Shown here in pieces: positions 38,581 through 52,314 of a stretch of 64,000 nucleotides of DNA. The notes under the pieces were generated by a model. It ran no database searches and was not told the DNA's origin. It was given only the letters and a program-made list of their open reading frames with translations. Origin of the DNA: the human T2T-CHM13v2.0 reference genome, Homo sapiens; the NCBI RefSeq assembly GCF_009914755.1, contig NC_060925.1. One strand, written 5' to 3'. A program made the position numbers and the translations under genes. Positions within the stretch are counted from its first letter, which is position 1. Every line of letters starts with the position of its first letter.

Positions 38581-39204
38581 AAAAAGAGAAACCTTCTCAC
38601 TGCTTTCATGGCTTTTATGGTGACCCTCTCTTGGCAACTAGCTACCATGTACCAGAGCAGATTTTCTTGTTGAAATGGAATTACTGAAGTTTACACCTGC
38701 TTTCTCTATCTTATACTGAAGTCTCTCTTAAACATTGTCTTTATGACTTATTTGTATATCTGGCTAGTCTTCTGCTGATACACCAAGTTTGGAATGGTAT
38801 CAGACATTCCAAAAGCAACTTTAGTGGTATTAAGTGCCAGAAATCTGGGATGGCTGTGAACAGGATCTGAAGGAAATCAGGTCTGGGATAACAGTACTTG
38901 AACTTGGTGATTTTTTTTCCTTACCTCCCACTTCCTTCTCCTTTACATTGCTCTCTACCCCCATCTCCCCTTCAATGGTGATTTTGTAATGTCTTCTGCT
39001 CAAAATCTCTATGAAAGACAAAATCAAGTTAAAAGGCAGCTAGAGACGGCTCTGGGGACAGTTTTTTATAGGTAACCTTTTCTTACCATTGACGAGTATT
39101 GCATCAGGTGAAAGAGTTCAAAGCAACCCATACTTGATCTCAACAAATTCAGCATGCCTATTATGTAAAAAACAGAATAATGTTTAACCATTCTTAATGT
39201 GGGA

Positions 39205-39410
39205 ATAAAGTTTAGAGCTTCTTTTTATAGATTATCTAATTTAATTTTCACAAACCTTTGGTGATGTGTGCTTTATTACCAACCAAATTTTACAAACGGT
39301 GAAACAGGTTCAGGGATTTTCAGTGCTTTGGCCTAAGTTCACACTCATTCCTCAAAAAGGCAGAACGCAACTCCATTTCTGCTGAGTTTAAGCCCAATTT
39401 CCTTTCCTCT
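39205..39410 (-). mobile_element. MIR SINE
   Basis: ATTTTACAAACGGTGAAACAGGTTCAG...CCTAAGTTCACAC. Confidence 0.65.
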
Positions 39411-39696
39411 TGAGTCTTTCTCTCCCACTTTCCTCCTAAATGACAGATATTATGATGTTTTGGTGTGACAGTCACTTAAGAATGAAAACTCAGCCAATTG
39501 AACAGGATGTGTTTGTGCCTATGGAGGCAACAATCCTCAGGTGGTTTCATTCAACAGACTATAAACATTTAATGAGATCTTGTGTGTTCGAAACTTGTTG
39601 TAGGCACTATCATTTTAATGACGAAGAAAATGTTCTTCCCACTACCAGGAAATTTTCAATCTCATGGGAGAGAAAAACGTACCTCTCATAAGGTAC

Positions 39697-40430
39697 TGAG
39701 ATGGGGATAGTTCCCTTGAATCCCCTTGCGGGCGGGAAATGGAGTGGCTCATTTCACTCAGCCCGCCAACTGGTCACTCCTCGCAGCAGGCAGCGAGTGT
39801 GGGAACCGGAGGCAACGAACATTGGAACCAGCAGTCACTCCTCTCTCGGGGGAGCAGGCTCTGTGCGGGCCCCACAGCAGCATTCAGGTGTGTTACAGCC
39901 ATGTTCTTTCAAGCCCTGCTGTCTGGGGACGGCTAAGTGCCAACCAACCAGTTCAGTGGAGGGTCAGGGTGGCAAGCCCCTGCCCTGTCGGCACCCGGGT
40001 TCTTGTCCAGCATCCAGGAAGAATCAGGTCACACATGAAAGGTGATGAATGCAGAAGACTTTATTGAGCGGCGGGTGGCTCTCAGCTGAAAGGGAGGCTG
40101 GAAAGGGGATGGGAAGATGTTCTTTCCCTGAAGCCAGGCCGTCTCTGGCTGGGCCCCTCTCAGAAGCCACACCATCTGCAATTAGCCTCTTCTTTCTGTA
40201 GTCTCTGAAGCTCAGTTGCTTCTCTGCTTACCGTTCAGCCACTTGTATCCTTGATGCTCAGCTGCTTGTATTGCTCCGCCAGCTGGAGTCGTTTATGGGC
40301 ACAGGGTAGGGGTAGAGCAGGCCAAAAAGGCAACACTTGGGTGGAAAAGCGGGGTAAGCTGTTTTCATTTAAGGCCGCAGTTCCAGGCTTAAGGGTGGGA
40401 TTTAGCTGGGAGCCCAGCCCTTCTGTATCA
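39697..40430 (-). mobile_element. Solo ERV1 LTR, LTR1/LTR28 group, inserted in an L2 remnant
   Basis: TG...CA termini; exact GTAC TSD; minus-strand AATAAA (TTTATT near 40060); GC- and CpG-rich; 734 bp. Confidence 0.88.
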
Positions 40431-42035
40431 GTACCTAAAGAGTACAGCTTTTATGATCGAGGTATCCAAAAACTATAGTGGGCAAGAATAAAACAGAGAT
40501 GGACAGAAATAATTCCCTGTAGGAGGCAGGAGGAATGCGGGTAAGGAGACAAAGATAGAAAAGTCTGAGTATACGTTTATGTGGTTTTGACTTTTAAATT
40601 ACGTGTTTTACATGTGACAAAATTGAATTGAATCAAGAAAAAAGACTACAGTGATGGCACATAGGAGTGAGACACTTGCGTCTTCTGGGGCATGGGAAGA
40701 GATCATAAAAGTCTTCATAGAGGAAGTAAATTTTGAAATGAATGCTTTTGTTTTGTGTCATGTTTAAAATTGTGGGTGTTTTAGCTTAGTCTGAAAAGGT
40801 GAGTGAGTGAATAATGCTTAAACTATTATCATCATTAACTTTTTTCCCCAATCACAGATAATGACACTTTCTGTACAACCCATTGAAATGGGGGACTGCT
40901 TGAGAAAGAGCAGGCATGCAGAGGATTGGGAAAACAAGTTGCTTTGGTGGTGATTAATAGTGCGACCACTGGGAAAACACTTTACCTTTCAACCTCATTT
41001 ATAAATTGAGGAAGACTCCCTGGGTGGACTTCAAAATCAGTTTTCGTACAAGGATTCTACACAGAATTGCCAATAGCCTATTGCCTACACTGTGGGTATA
41101 ATTTCTTGGGCTGTCATTTTAAAGAGTTGCTCTTAATGTCAACAAATGGTTATCCTTCACAATTAGTATGTAAACCTAGATTCTGGAGTGTATTAATTAT
41201 TCTTCACTGTTGTGTTTATTTAACTATAAAATATTCATAACCTTTGTCTTGTAACCCCTGGCCTTTCTTTCTCATGGGAAGGAAAGAGAATCGCTCAGAA
41301 GGATAACCTTCCCACTTGGGTCAACAAGAGCTGCAACTGGTTCTAAGGAGGGTGTCTTATTGCTGTCAAATTGACCGGGGTTGTCACACATGAAGCCTGC
41401 TGTCACTGCATCTTGCCCAGAACCAGCCCCTTAGCTTGCTGAGTCAAGCTGTGCTGACTCCTGGTGATAGAATTTTAATGTGAGGAATGACAGAGGCCTT
41501 GGAGTTAATGTGTACGTGGAGGTGACAGTTTTGAATGTCAGCCAAAGCACAAAGGCCTGTCTGAAATTAATTTTGGGGGGTGGCAGAAAGTCATGGGAAG
41601 ATGGAGAGAAATAGTATGATGGAGAATTGAGATAAGTTGAGTCAAATCTACCACCATCTGCTACAGATGAAAGCATCATTCTGTGTATAGACACAGAATA
41701 TTTGAGCCTGGGAGGTTAAAAACAGAAGAGCATTGTCCTCATCAGATAATTCTGTAGCTTTAAGTTTTAGTCAACCTAGTGTGCAGCTTGCCACTTTTAG
41801 ATCTCTATGACCCCAATTTCCTTTGTTAAAACAGAGTTGCAAAAAGTGGGCATGGATCTTCTGATGATATGAGTTAGAGCTTAATCATTTAAAGAGGCAA
41901 TATTTAACTTTCTGGTAATAAAATAAGCTAAACTGCATTTTATGTACCTTAATTTTCCTTTTACATTGTCACTTATTTATACTTTTAAATATTTTCCTTG
42001 TTATTTAGAGGACAATATCACATCTTTAATCCACC

Positions 42036-42561
42036 TGTGGTAGGAAGAATAATGCCCAAATATGTCCACATCCTAATCCCTGGAATCTGTGGGTATGTTA
42101 TATTACATGGCAAGGGAGAATTAAGGGAGCAGATAGAATTAAAGTTTTTAATTTTCCTATTTGAAAATTAAAAAATTAAATTTACTTTAATTAAATTAAA
42201 ATTACAATTACTCAGGTAATCCCAGATTACCTGAGTGGGCCCAGTGTAATACAAAGGTCTTTAAAAGTGAAAGAGAATGGCAAAAGAAAAGTCAATCAGA
42301 GTTATGTAATATGGGACTCTACTGGTCATCACTGGCTTTAAAGATTTAAGGGGGCCATGAGCCAAGGAATGTGGGCAGTCTTTAGAAGATGGAAAGGCAA
42401 GGAAATAGATCTTGTTTAGAGATCCCAAAAGAAACACAACCTGCTAATACCTTTATTTTAGCCCATCCATATCAGACTTGTGACCTATAGAACAAGCCTG
42501 TGTTGTTTTCAGCTATTACATTTGTGGTCATTAGTTATAGTAGCAACAAGAAACAAATACA
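42036..42561 (+). mobile_element. MLT1D MaLR LTR
   Basis: TGTGGTAGG.AGAATAAT...GTCCACATCCTAATCCCTGGAA...GGGGCCATGAGCCAAGGAATG...AAACAAATACA. Confidence 0.9.
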
Positions 42562-43239
42562 CTGGCTTTTCAGGTCTTTCACGGTGTGAATCTGCTTTTG
42601 TCCTCAATTTTCCTAGATGTACCCTACCTCTGAATTCTGACACCGATTTCTAAACACACCTTATATATTACAAACTTGGTCATTCCATTTCCTGTGTCTG
42701 GACCCCACTGTAGGGCTAGCTAGCACTAGAGGAGAGCTATGGGTCCTAGGGGCTGATTGTGGTTAGACTTGCTACTTAATGTGGGTTAAGGGAAGCATGT
42801 GAGTCCATACCCTTGAAAAAGAGCAGAAGCCAAAAAGGAAAAACTAATCGCAAAAGCCAAGTTCAAAAACCATTTATAGAATTACAAACATGGGACAAGA
42901 GCAAGATTTTGAGGCCAGATGGCAATAGAAAAAAGCAGGGGATTAACGACATGTGTTCTGGGAAAATAGTGTTAGAGTTCTTGAGGGGCCTATGACTCAT
43001 GTTTGTCATGGTCTAAAGTGACCTGTGGGATTGCTTTGTGTTGATCGAACGGTGGTACTTACGTGTGGCTGAGAGTTTTCTCCATTATCTTCAGCTACCC
43101 AAATTCTACCACCATTCGTAGCCTAGCTCCTCCACAATGCTTTCCTGAATATTCCAGCCCCAGTTATCTTCTCTTCCTTTGAAGTCTTAACGTTTACCTT
43201 TTCTATTCTTCATGTGGTAGTTGCAATTCCTGGCCCAAT

Positions 43240-43470
43240 ATTTTTATCTAAACAAAGGTATTGTATATACAATTGTAAAAATTTACATAATACAGTAAAA
43301 CATAAAGAAGACTTCCAAATTATTCAGAATCTTAACCATTCAAAGATAATCACTGTCACATTTTGGCATTTATCTTCCTATACTGATACTGATACAATAT
43401 TTTTTGTATGTGCACATACACGCGCACACATAGACACACACATAAATGTATTTCGTTCATATTCTCTGAA
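43240..43470 (-). mobile_element. L1ME-type 3' end
   Basis: AAAGATAATCACTGTCACATTTTGGCATTTATCTTCC. Confidence 0.6.
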
Positions 43471-44383
43471 ATAAAATATATTGAAGGAAATTGTATGTAA
43501 TACAAATTAATTCAAGCTTATTACATATTAACTTAAACAAATTTGACATTAACAATATCTATATTATTATTCTGATATCTAAACTTTTCACCTGGACGTA
43601 TCTTTCTAGCACAGACAAGTGATAAGTATCGTGAGGTAAGGTAGCAAGATTTTATGTATTTTTTTTTCTGTCCCCACAGATGATTAGCATACTACATTGC
43701 ACATTTTAAAGGCTAAATACAGATAGATTAAAAAGTTGTGGCCAGAAACCTGTAAACACTTTCTACCTACAAATGTATAGTATTTGTTACTGATGTGGTT
43801 TCAGATTTTACCAAGTAATTCCAATAATTATTTCCATACAGAGAATTTTTTAAAAGTTGTGCCATACTACTGTTTTTACAGTGGTCAGGCTATTATAAAT
43901 CCAGAGATTTGTCATTTAGCATCAGAATTACTTGTTAAAATGGGAAAGGAGATAAACAAAGATAGGGTCCTTGTTAACTCATTAATATTCCCTATAATGA
44001 AAAATGTTGCAGGAAAGAAATAGCCGCGGTAATACATGTAATCAATCTAGCCAGGGAAAAGTGATGTAATTTGTTATCTTTACAGAGTTGCTCTGTTTGC
44101 TAGTCAGCTAGTTGGCATATTTATCAAATGCCCAGTTGGTGCATAAGAGTATACTGTTTCTCTGGACTGCATGCTCCTTGAGCCTCATTCATTAATTCAC
44201 TCACTTTTTCACTATTCTTTCTTTGGTTCCCATTTTTGGCGTGTCCATTATATGCACATTACTGTTATAAGTCCTGGAATAACAAAGGTGAGCAAGGCAG
44301 TTTTATTCTGAAGATAGACTCAGTGGAGGGGAAAGTCACAAAAACAGACAATTAAAACATGAAAGAATGTGGAGGTGAATTTT

Positions 44384-44678
<295 letters not shown>

Positions 44679-44955
44679 CGGAAGTGAGTTTTAATGAGCT
44701 ATGCAAAAGTATTATTTCTACCCTCAAAGAGTTTCAAGTTGAGTAACAGTGATGCTATTACAAAACAAAATATACTCTTTCATTCTGACTGCAATAGTAT
44801 GCCCAGAAATGATCTGATTTGGGCAGAAGCAGAGTTCTTAAAGGGACTTAGTCCTTAGCAAGACTGAAAAGGAAGGTGCCACATTTTGTCTGTAATTCAG
44901 GAGATATCAGAGCATGCAGCAAGATATGTTGCAAGCATTCTTGCCTGAAAGGCAC

Positions 44956-45318
44956 TGTACTAGCTTTCTAGGGCTTCCATAACAAAGCATCGTGGACTAG
45001 GTGGCTTAAATAGCAGAAACTGATTTTGTCAGAGTGCTGGAGACTAGCAGTCTAAGATCAAGGTGCCAGGAGGGTTGGATTTATCTGAGGCCTCCTTCCT
45101 TGGCTTAAAGATGGTCATCTGTTCCCTGTGTCTCCACATAGTCTTCCTTCTGTGTGTTTCTATATCCTAATCTCTTTGTTTTATAAGGATATCGGTCATA
45201 ATTAATTAGGGCTTACCCATATGACCTCATCCTAACTTAATTAGCTCTTCAGAGAACCTATCTGTAAATACAGTCTGAGATACTGCGTTTTTGGAGGAGC
45301 CCAATTCAGCCCATAGCA
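44956..45318 (-). mobile_element. MLT1A-type MaLR LTR
   Basis: TGTACTAG...GGTGGCTTAAA...AAGATCAAGGTG...AATTCAGCCCATAGCA; 5-bp TSD GGCAC/GGTAC. Confidence 0.9.
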
Positions 45319-45681
45319 GGTACCAAGAGTGGGTCTAACAGAGTCAGATATCCCAAATCCTAAAAAGAAAGAAATCGCTTGACCTTACCTTTTGAGGTTG
45401 CTTTAAACATTCCTTGATTCCTCTGGCCCACTGAAGACAACTATGTGTTCTAGGAATTTAAGAACTTGGGAAGGGGGCAAGAGAGGACATCTTAACCACA
45501 GTCCCTGCAATTGGCATGTGGTAGATTATTTAACTCATTCCCTACTCCAAGGAGTAATTCCCTCTGAAATTTTACAGTAGTCCTATAATAGGACTCTAAA
45601 GCATAGAACTGAGGGAATTGTAATATAATGGATGGTCCTTTAACTGCAGTAATAGGAAACCAAATGAAAAGTGTGTTAAAC

Positions 45682-45850
45682 CAGTGTTTCCAAACTTCAC
45701 TGATGTTGAGACTCACTGCTTAAAAATCACAGCTTTCCAGCCCCTTCCCTGTGATATTCTGATTTGGTGCCTGGGTAGGACCTAGAAATTTATACTTTAA
45801 AAAATGTTACCATATATATTTCTTATATTTACAGAAGTTTGGCAAGCAAA
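45682..45850. mobile_element. MER5-family hAT element
   Basis: CAGTGTTTCCAAACTT...GATATTCTGATTTGG...GGACCTAGAAAT. Confidence 0.6.
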
Positions 45851-46384
45851 TCAAGTCAACAATATCAGTTTGGGTCCAAGCTCTTTCTGTGTGCTCTGCT
45901 ATCATTATTGTGTTTACCATCAGTGTGACTGTGACACTCAGGGCCACAAAATGATGCTGGTGTATTGCATTCACAGCAGAAGAGGAACAGTTTTTTCTGG
46001 CATGTTGCTGAGAGAAAGAAAGAAAGCGAGAAAGAGGGAGGAAAAAAGAAAGGAAGGACGAGGGAAGGAAGCAAAGACCCTAGTTCAGAAGTCCCTCAGA
46101 TTATCTCTCCATTTGTCTCATTGCAGAACTGCAGGATATGCCCACCTTTAAACCACAGGGAAGGGAATAACCATGTTTGACCTAAACTATTCAGGATTTT
46201 CCATTGATCTTGTGATAGTTCAACTTTTTCTAGGTGTGTATCTTCACGAGATGGATGGACATCCAAATAATAAGGTGGAGTAATAAAGGATTGAATGGGC
46301 AAACCATGATGTCTCCTACAACTAAGTACAGTTAATACAACAATCTTACCAGTCAAAGTAAAATTAGAATTAGATAATGATGGT

Positions 46385-46650
46385 TGATAGTAAATAGCTA
46401 ATATTTATTCAGTGTTTATTATGTGAATGACACTGCATTCTAAGGGCTTTATGTGAATTAAAATAATTAAGCCTACAAAATATGACGATGCAAGTGCTGT
46501 TATATTAATCCCACTTCACAAATGAAGAAACTGAAATGGTGATGTTAATTAGCTTATCTAAGATCATACATCTCTTAAGTGACTGAGCAAAGATTTGAGC
46601 CCTATCATGCCGGGCTGCTCCAGAACTACACTCTAAATCATATTCTATTC
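46385..46650 (-). mobile_element. MIR SINE, near full length
   Basis: TAGCTAATATTTATT...CAAATGAAGAAACTGA...AAGATCATACA...GATTTGAGCCC. Confidence 0.8.
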
Positions 46651-46749
46651 CACATGAACAGGTAACAAAGCAGTGCTTTACAAATACAAATAGTGCTTGT
46701 GTGACAATTAGTGAAATTGGTTTGGTGCCTAGTTGCATTGTTAATCTGT

Positions 46750-47065
46750 CCTCTATTTAACAAGCACAAATAAGCACCTTATATCAGCAAAGGACTATAT
46801 CAGGGGCTACAAAATTTCAAGAATTAGTAAGAAGTGATGCAACTCTCCTGAAAGAATGTCCTCCAGTGGAGGATCTAGGCATTCAAACAATTATTTGTAA
46901 TATAATATAAAATAAGGTAGAATGTAGCAAATAGTAAACAAAATACAAGGAACATGTTGTTGGATTGAAGATAAAACAGCAGTTAATTCCTACAGGGTAG
47001 ATCAGAGAAGATTCACAAAGAAGAGTGTGTATGTGGAGAGAGAGGAGGATATTCCAGGCTGAGAA
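46750..47065 (-). mobile_element. L2 LINE fragment
   Basis: ATTTAACAAGCA...ATCAGAGAAGATTCACA...ATTCCAGGC. Confidence 0.65.
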
Positions 47066-48829
47066 GAAGTGAGGAATCAGAATTGAATTATGTTATGTTG
47101 TATTCTGAGAGTAAATTGCTATGACTAGAATGTAAGAGACTTAGAGATATACTGACAACTGTGAAGATACTAACATTTAAAGGGGATGCCATGACACACA
47201 TGAAATTTATACATGGAGAACCGCAATTATTAGATAGGGTTCTTATTAGGATGATGGGAGCTTTATTTTGACTCTTGATTTCTGTCTTTTGATAATACTG
47301 AAAGAAGGCTGTTTTTCTCCTTCCTCTACTTAAATAATTCATCCCCCACCTTTAGGGCCCATTTTAATTTTTTCCTTACAAATTTGGCCCTTATCAAAAT
47401 ATATCTTACACTCATTAAACTATTACTGAGTGATGGTTTTATCTTTTCAACTAGATTTCATATTTTCATCTAGAATTTCATAGAAGACAGGGATTATATT
47501 TTTAAATATTTTTGGAATTGACTTTAATGCCTGACCTAGTGTTGTTTATAGTGGATCCAATCAATAAGTGTTGAGTAATTGCCCACATTATTGTGATTCC
47601 CTGTAGGACTTCCCAGACCTTTAGTATATCACTTTCCCAGGTGGTTTGAGAGTACCTCTTAGTTTTTACTGGGAGAACTACATGTGAGGAAGCCTCACTT
47701 TATATGAAATAACTTCTCTGCCACTTTTTCCATTTTGCTGGAAAGTCAGGTAAGGAGATAGCCAGAAAGTTTTTCCAGCCTCTCATTAACAGTCCAGGGC
47801 ATCGGTCAATGCTTTGGACAACTTATTTCCCAACTCTCTCAAGGGTTTACTTGATCTGCTACCTTTTTGACATCTCTTGCCTTAATAATTTTCCTCTGGG
47901 GAATCCATTCCATGGGCAAACCTGGCTGTGCATCTCTTCCCAGGGCAGTTACTTCTTTGTAGGTGTCCTGGGTTATTTTCATGCCAGGCAGCTTGAGCTC
48001 TCTAATCAAGACTTGTGTATTCAACTGACATTTTATCACCAACCCTGTGTTTAAGTTAATGAAGGATCGTTTCTCCCAGATACTTGTTACCATTACTTCT
48101 TATCTCATGCATTTGACTTGTTGTCAAAAATTTTTCAGAAAAACTGAGATGGCTGTTGCTGACCCACTGATCATGGGAAAGAGAAAGCTATTCCAGGACC
48201 TAAGGGCCTCCTCACTGGGTTCTCGTTGTCTGTTGGGACTTAGCCAACAAGGTATTCACAGACATTCAGGAAGTAAATGGCATTGCAAAGCTCCTGATGA
48301 CCCCACAGAAATTTTCTGTATTTGTAGCGAACATTCTTGCTCATTTATTTCATACTTGAAAATTTATTTCAAATTAGCCCTATACTACAAGCTTCACTGG
48401 AGGTTATGGACATAAAAGCTTTCAAATGCAATCCTAGAAATATCTGATTATTAGAAATTCTCAGAGGTATGTTTATTTTCCTATATGTTTCAGGGCCTAT
48501 TCCTCCACTATTTACTATTGTATTTCCAGTATCTAACAGTGATTGGAAACAGGTAGGTCAGAAATACAACAATTTAGAATGTAATCTATTTCTCCTTACT
48601 CCTGATTCTATGATATTTATTTCTAATCTGCTATAGCAGTCTTTTCTATAGAGTTCATGCTAGCCTCTCAACGTTGCCTCAGGAAGCTTCTGCAAGTTGG
48701 TTAGAGTTCGCATGCAACATGAAATCTACATATCATTCTCATAGTTAGCACCAAATACATATTTCTTAATGATTGAAATAATATTTTTCCCTGTGCATGA
48801 CCCCTTCAGCATCTTCTCTGACGAATTAC

Positions 48830-49580
48830 CATACTATGTCTACTTAAACATCTCTACATGAGAAAGAACACATCATTTCTTAAGACAGGTTCCCCCACTG
48901 TGATACAAATTAAACAGAAAGTTCTTTATATTTAGCAAAATCTTACCTTTATTAACTTATTAATCCACTTTTACATATACCAAGAACAATTTGTTGCAAT
49001 TAGTTAATGCTTCCATAGGAATTAATTCCTATTCAGATACCATCCTACAATGGGTAACATTACCTGTTGTTTTCAGTTAGCTTTTCAATAGTGCTCATAA
49101 TCAGTCCAACCAACTTGGTTTCCTCTCTTTAATTATGTCTGAATTAAAACTTTTTAATGACAACTACTAACACATACATTCATATACCCACGTGTGTGTA
49201 CAATGTGTCCTATATGAAACAAAAACATTATGAAATACATAACCATTCAAAAATATTACACAGATACAAATGTCCTGATGTTCTATTGTTAAATATCCAA
49301 GATCTTCACACTATGTTTTAGCTAAGTATTCAGCCAAGGATGTATTGGTGCATGTCTCTGCACAGGTTGTAATCTTAATTTTCTTCTTTTATTACCTTGG
49401 TTGTTAGCGTCACCTAGTTGTCAATATTAGACAAACCACTTTCTATTTCAGAGATGCTAAGTATGATAAATATTCAATCTCTGCAATTGCTCCAAGTTCT
49501 GTTCTTATAGGCCATCTGCCCTGACTACATAGAATTCATCAACAACATTTTCATGGATCATGCATTCTTCACTTCTGTTT
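48830..49580 (-). mobile_element. L3/CR1 LINE 3' region, fragmented
   Basis: CTTAAACATCTC...AGAAAGTTCTTTATATTTAGCAAAATCT resembles antisense L3 3' end. Confidence 0.55.
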
Positions 49581-50829
49581 TGCATTTCTGTTGTACAGCT
49601 CTTCACAGCTCTCTTTAGGATGGGAAACTGCTGTTGTAATGAGAAGGATTTTGTAGAACCTCCCATGTGCATGTGGAGAAAAGAAATTCTTCTATGATAA
49701 CAACTTCCCAGAGGACTCACATATTAATCAAAAGCTCTTCCCTCTTTGTTTTCTTTCTGTTAGTAAAAATAATCCTACTGACACTAACTGCCTGTCTTTG
49801 GAAATTAGGGTAATAAGAGCTGGAGCTTTAATATTTAAAACTGTTTCATGCTTATGTTAGGGGGTTATATGCTCTTCCTCTAATCAACGTACGTTCTCTG
49901 ATGTTGTTTCTCTTTACCAATGTTACTTAGCTCATGGAGAAGGGTGGTGATTTTGCCTATTATTTGTCAAGAGGAGGCAGAGTCTTAAAATGATTTAACC
50001 TCTCTTCAGTGTTTGGTGAAAGAAAGACCCTAGGAACTCAAGCTTTCCATTTCATAGCCTATTGGTAACCCCTATTTTTACTTATTTTAATGAATAATTA
50101 GGTAAGACTTCTTCTTCCATCGACCTATAACCACTTCAGCTCCAGAGAATGAAAGTAGGTGCTCCATTGAGCCAACGATTATTACTGAGCCCTTTCAGAA
50201 GACAGCAAATGTAACAGGACACTTAATGAGTGATCATTACATGTGGCAGACACATTAAATGTTACAGGCAAGTAATAATTTAACATACAAGGAAATCAAG
50301 GTCAGATAAACTAACTGTGCTTGAAAGTCAACATTTGAACTCAGAACATTTGAATCTAGAGCATGCTTATATAACCATATCATCTAACTGTTTCCTAACA
50401 CAGAGCATGCTTCTAACTCACATATGATAAGACTGTGTTGCTTCTTGTCTAAAACCAAGAATTATAGTTTATATCCATTTCTGATGTTTAAAACTGTAAT
50501 AACAAAATAAACTCAACCTTATCTTTTCATAAGGAGGGGGAGTCTGGAAGAGGTGAAGTTGGAGGTAGGAAAGGGCGCACAAGAATGTATGTACCCAGAC
50601 ATTTGCCAGAAGTATTCCAATTGCACATTTCCCTACTGGGTAAATTATCATTCCCTGTCTCTCATTAGATTAGGCAGATATGGAATTATTGCTCATAGAA
50701 TGTTATTTCTTAAAACTTTCTCTCTCAAAGGCATGCATTTTGGAAATAAGATCTTACTCCTCCAGGGAAGTCAGAATCTCAGTTGTTTTGCCATGAAACA
50801 AAGTGATGTCTGCATTAATGTGCTGCCTT

Positions 50830-50940
50830 CTAAATATCTCAGAGAACTTTCCTTGAATGAACTTATTTTTCCTCTCAACACCCTGGTGAGATGACAGGTG
50901 GCAAACACTATTAATCCCATTTTGCAGATGAAGAAATACT
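50830..50940 (-). mobile_element. MIR SINE fragment
   Basis: ATCCCATTTTGCAGATGAAGAAA. Confidence 0.75.
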
Positions 50941-51924
50941 GCTAATCCTCGATTTCTATTTGAAGAACATGCTATGCCCTGGAGTATGTGTCAGTTTATA
51001 CATCTGTTTGGTTCCACCAAACATCTGAGAAATATTATCTATGAGCTCTGAGTTCTTTTTTTTTCCTCTAAGTTTTAAATTTGTCATTTACATCTCTGAA
51101 ATCCTAAGAATTGCTACATTTAGGTGCTGAATAATATGGTCTAGAAAGAAACACCTATTAGGAAGTTGAGACGCTTTTCCATTGTCTGAAACATTTAGCA
51201 ATACAAGATGGGAATTCATATTAGAAAAACAAATCTGAAGGAAAGTTATATTTCTTTTAACTAACAGGGAACTCATGAAGGCACTGGTTAATGCTGAAGC
51301 AGTGAAAGCGGAAAAGTCATAACATGTACTCTTTACTCAAAGGGAGTAACACCTCATTCCTTTATACCTGTGTCAGAAATGAGCAATGGTGACTTAAATT
51401 GGGTTTAGATAGCATAGGTCAATCAGAATAACAGTGAACTGTAGTCATGCCCAAGTTCTCAGAAACCATCTGAATGGTTCTAGAATCAGAAGCATAAATT
51501 TGACATTTGGCATAGCTTATACATGACAGTAATAACTATTAAATGAATAACTACAGTGTTTGACATTGTGTTGTGTATCTTGCATTATCTTGTTATAGGA
51601 GGACAAAGGCAAGAGCTACAGCTGAATACTTGGCAAGGTCTGCTGAAGTCTTTTAAGCACCACGTTGTAGCCCATTCCCACACAGCTGTAGTAGAGCAGC
51701 ATGGACAGAGGAAGCAATGATGAAATAGCTCTAGATAACTTCACTTAATGTCGGGGTGGATCGTATGTTGGAAATATTGTATGTTGGAAATATTGTCAGA
51801 AAACACATTTTGATTATCTTTATTCTAAATACCAAATAGATGCATGGAGAGTAATGTAGATGTACTTTGACTCCAAAACAAAAGGGAAACACTGTGTTGG
51901 ATTCTAGGTGAACCATTAGAATGA

Positions 51925-52270
51925 CAGGTATCATTTCTCAATTGGATTATTTTCATATCCTTCTTCCTGGCCTCTCAGGCTACACTATTTTCCCCCTCCA
52001 TTCTATGCTCATCTGCTACAAATATGATTTTTGTAAAACAAAGATAGTGCTACTTTCTTCTGATTTTAAATATTGTCTTTATCAAATAAGGATCCATCAC
52101 CTATTCGATAAATGCAGACTTCTTCCTTAGTGTCTAAGACAGCTTTCCACATTTTTCTACAGCTGGTCTCAACTGCGTTTGTAAACCTTTTCTTTAACAT
52201 CAACCCTATACAACCTATGTTTCAGCCAAATTCAGCCAAACTAGAGTGTATTTGGAACTTTCACATCTTT
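51925..52270 (+). mobile_element. L2 LINE fragment
   Basis: TTTCTCAATTGGATTATT...TCCTGGCCTCTC...CCTCCATTCTAT. Confidence 0.55.
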
Positions 52271-52314
52271 TTTCCTTTAATATTCTCTCTTTCTCCCTTT
52301 CTGTCTCCCTTTCT

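Noticed and set aside
39701-40478. Several overlapping ORFs and high CpG content
   Set aside because: GC-rich solo LTR, not a gene or CpG-island promoter
42705-43075. Segment interrupting an L2, possibly an old LTR
   Set aside because: Family and termini could not be established
50600-50665. Possible second Deu-SINE fragment (TTCCCTACTGGGTAAATTATCATTC)
   Set aside because: Match too short to support by eye
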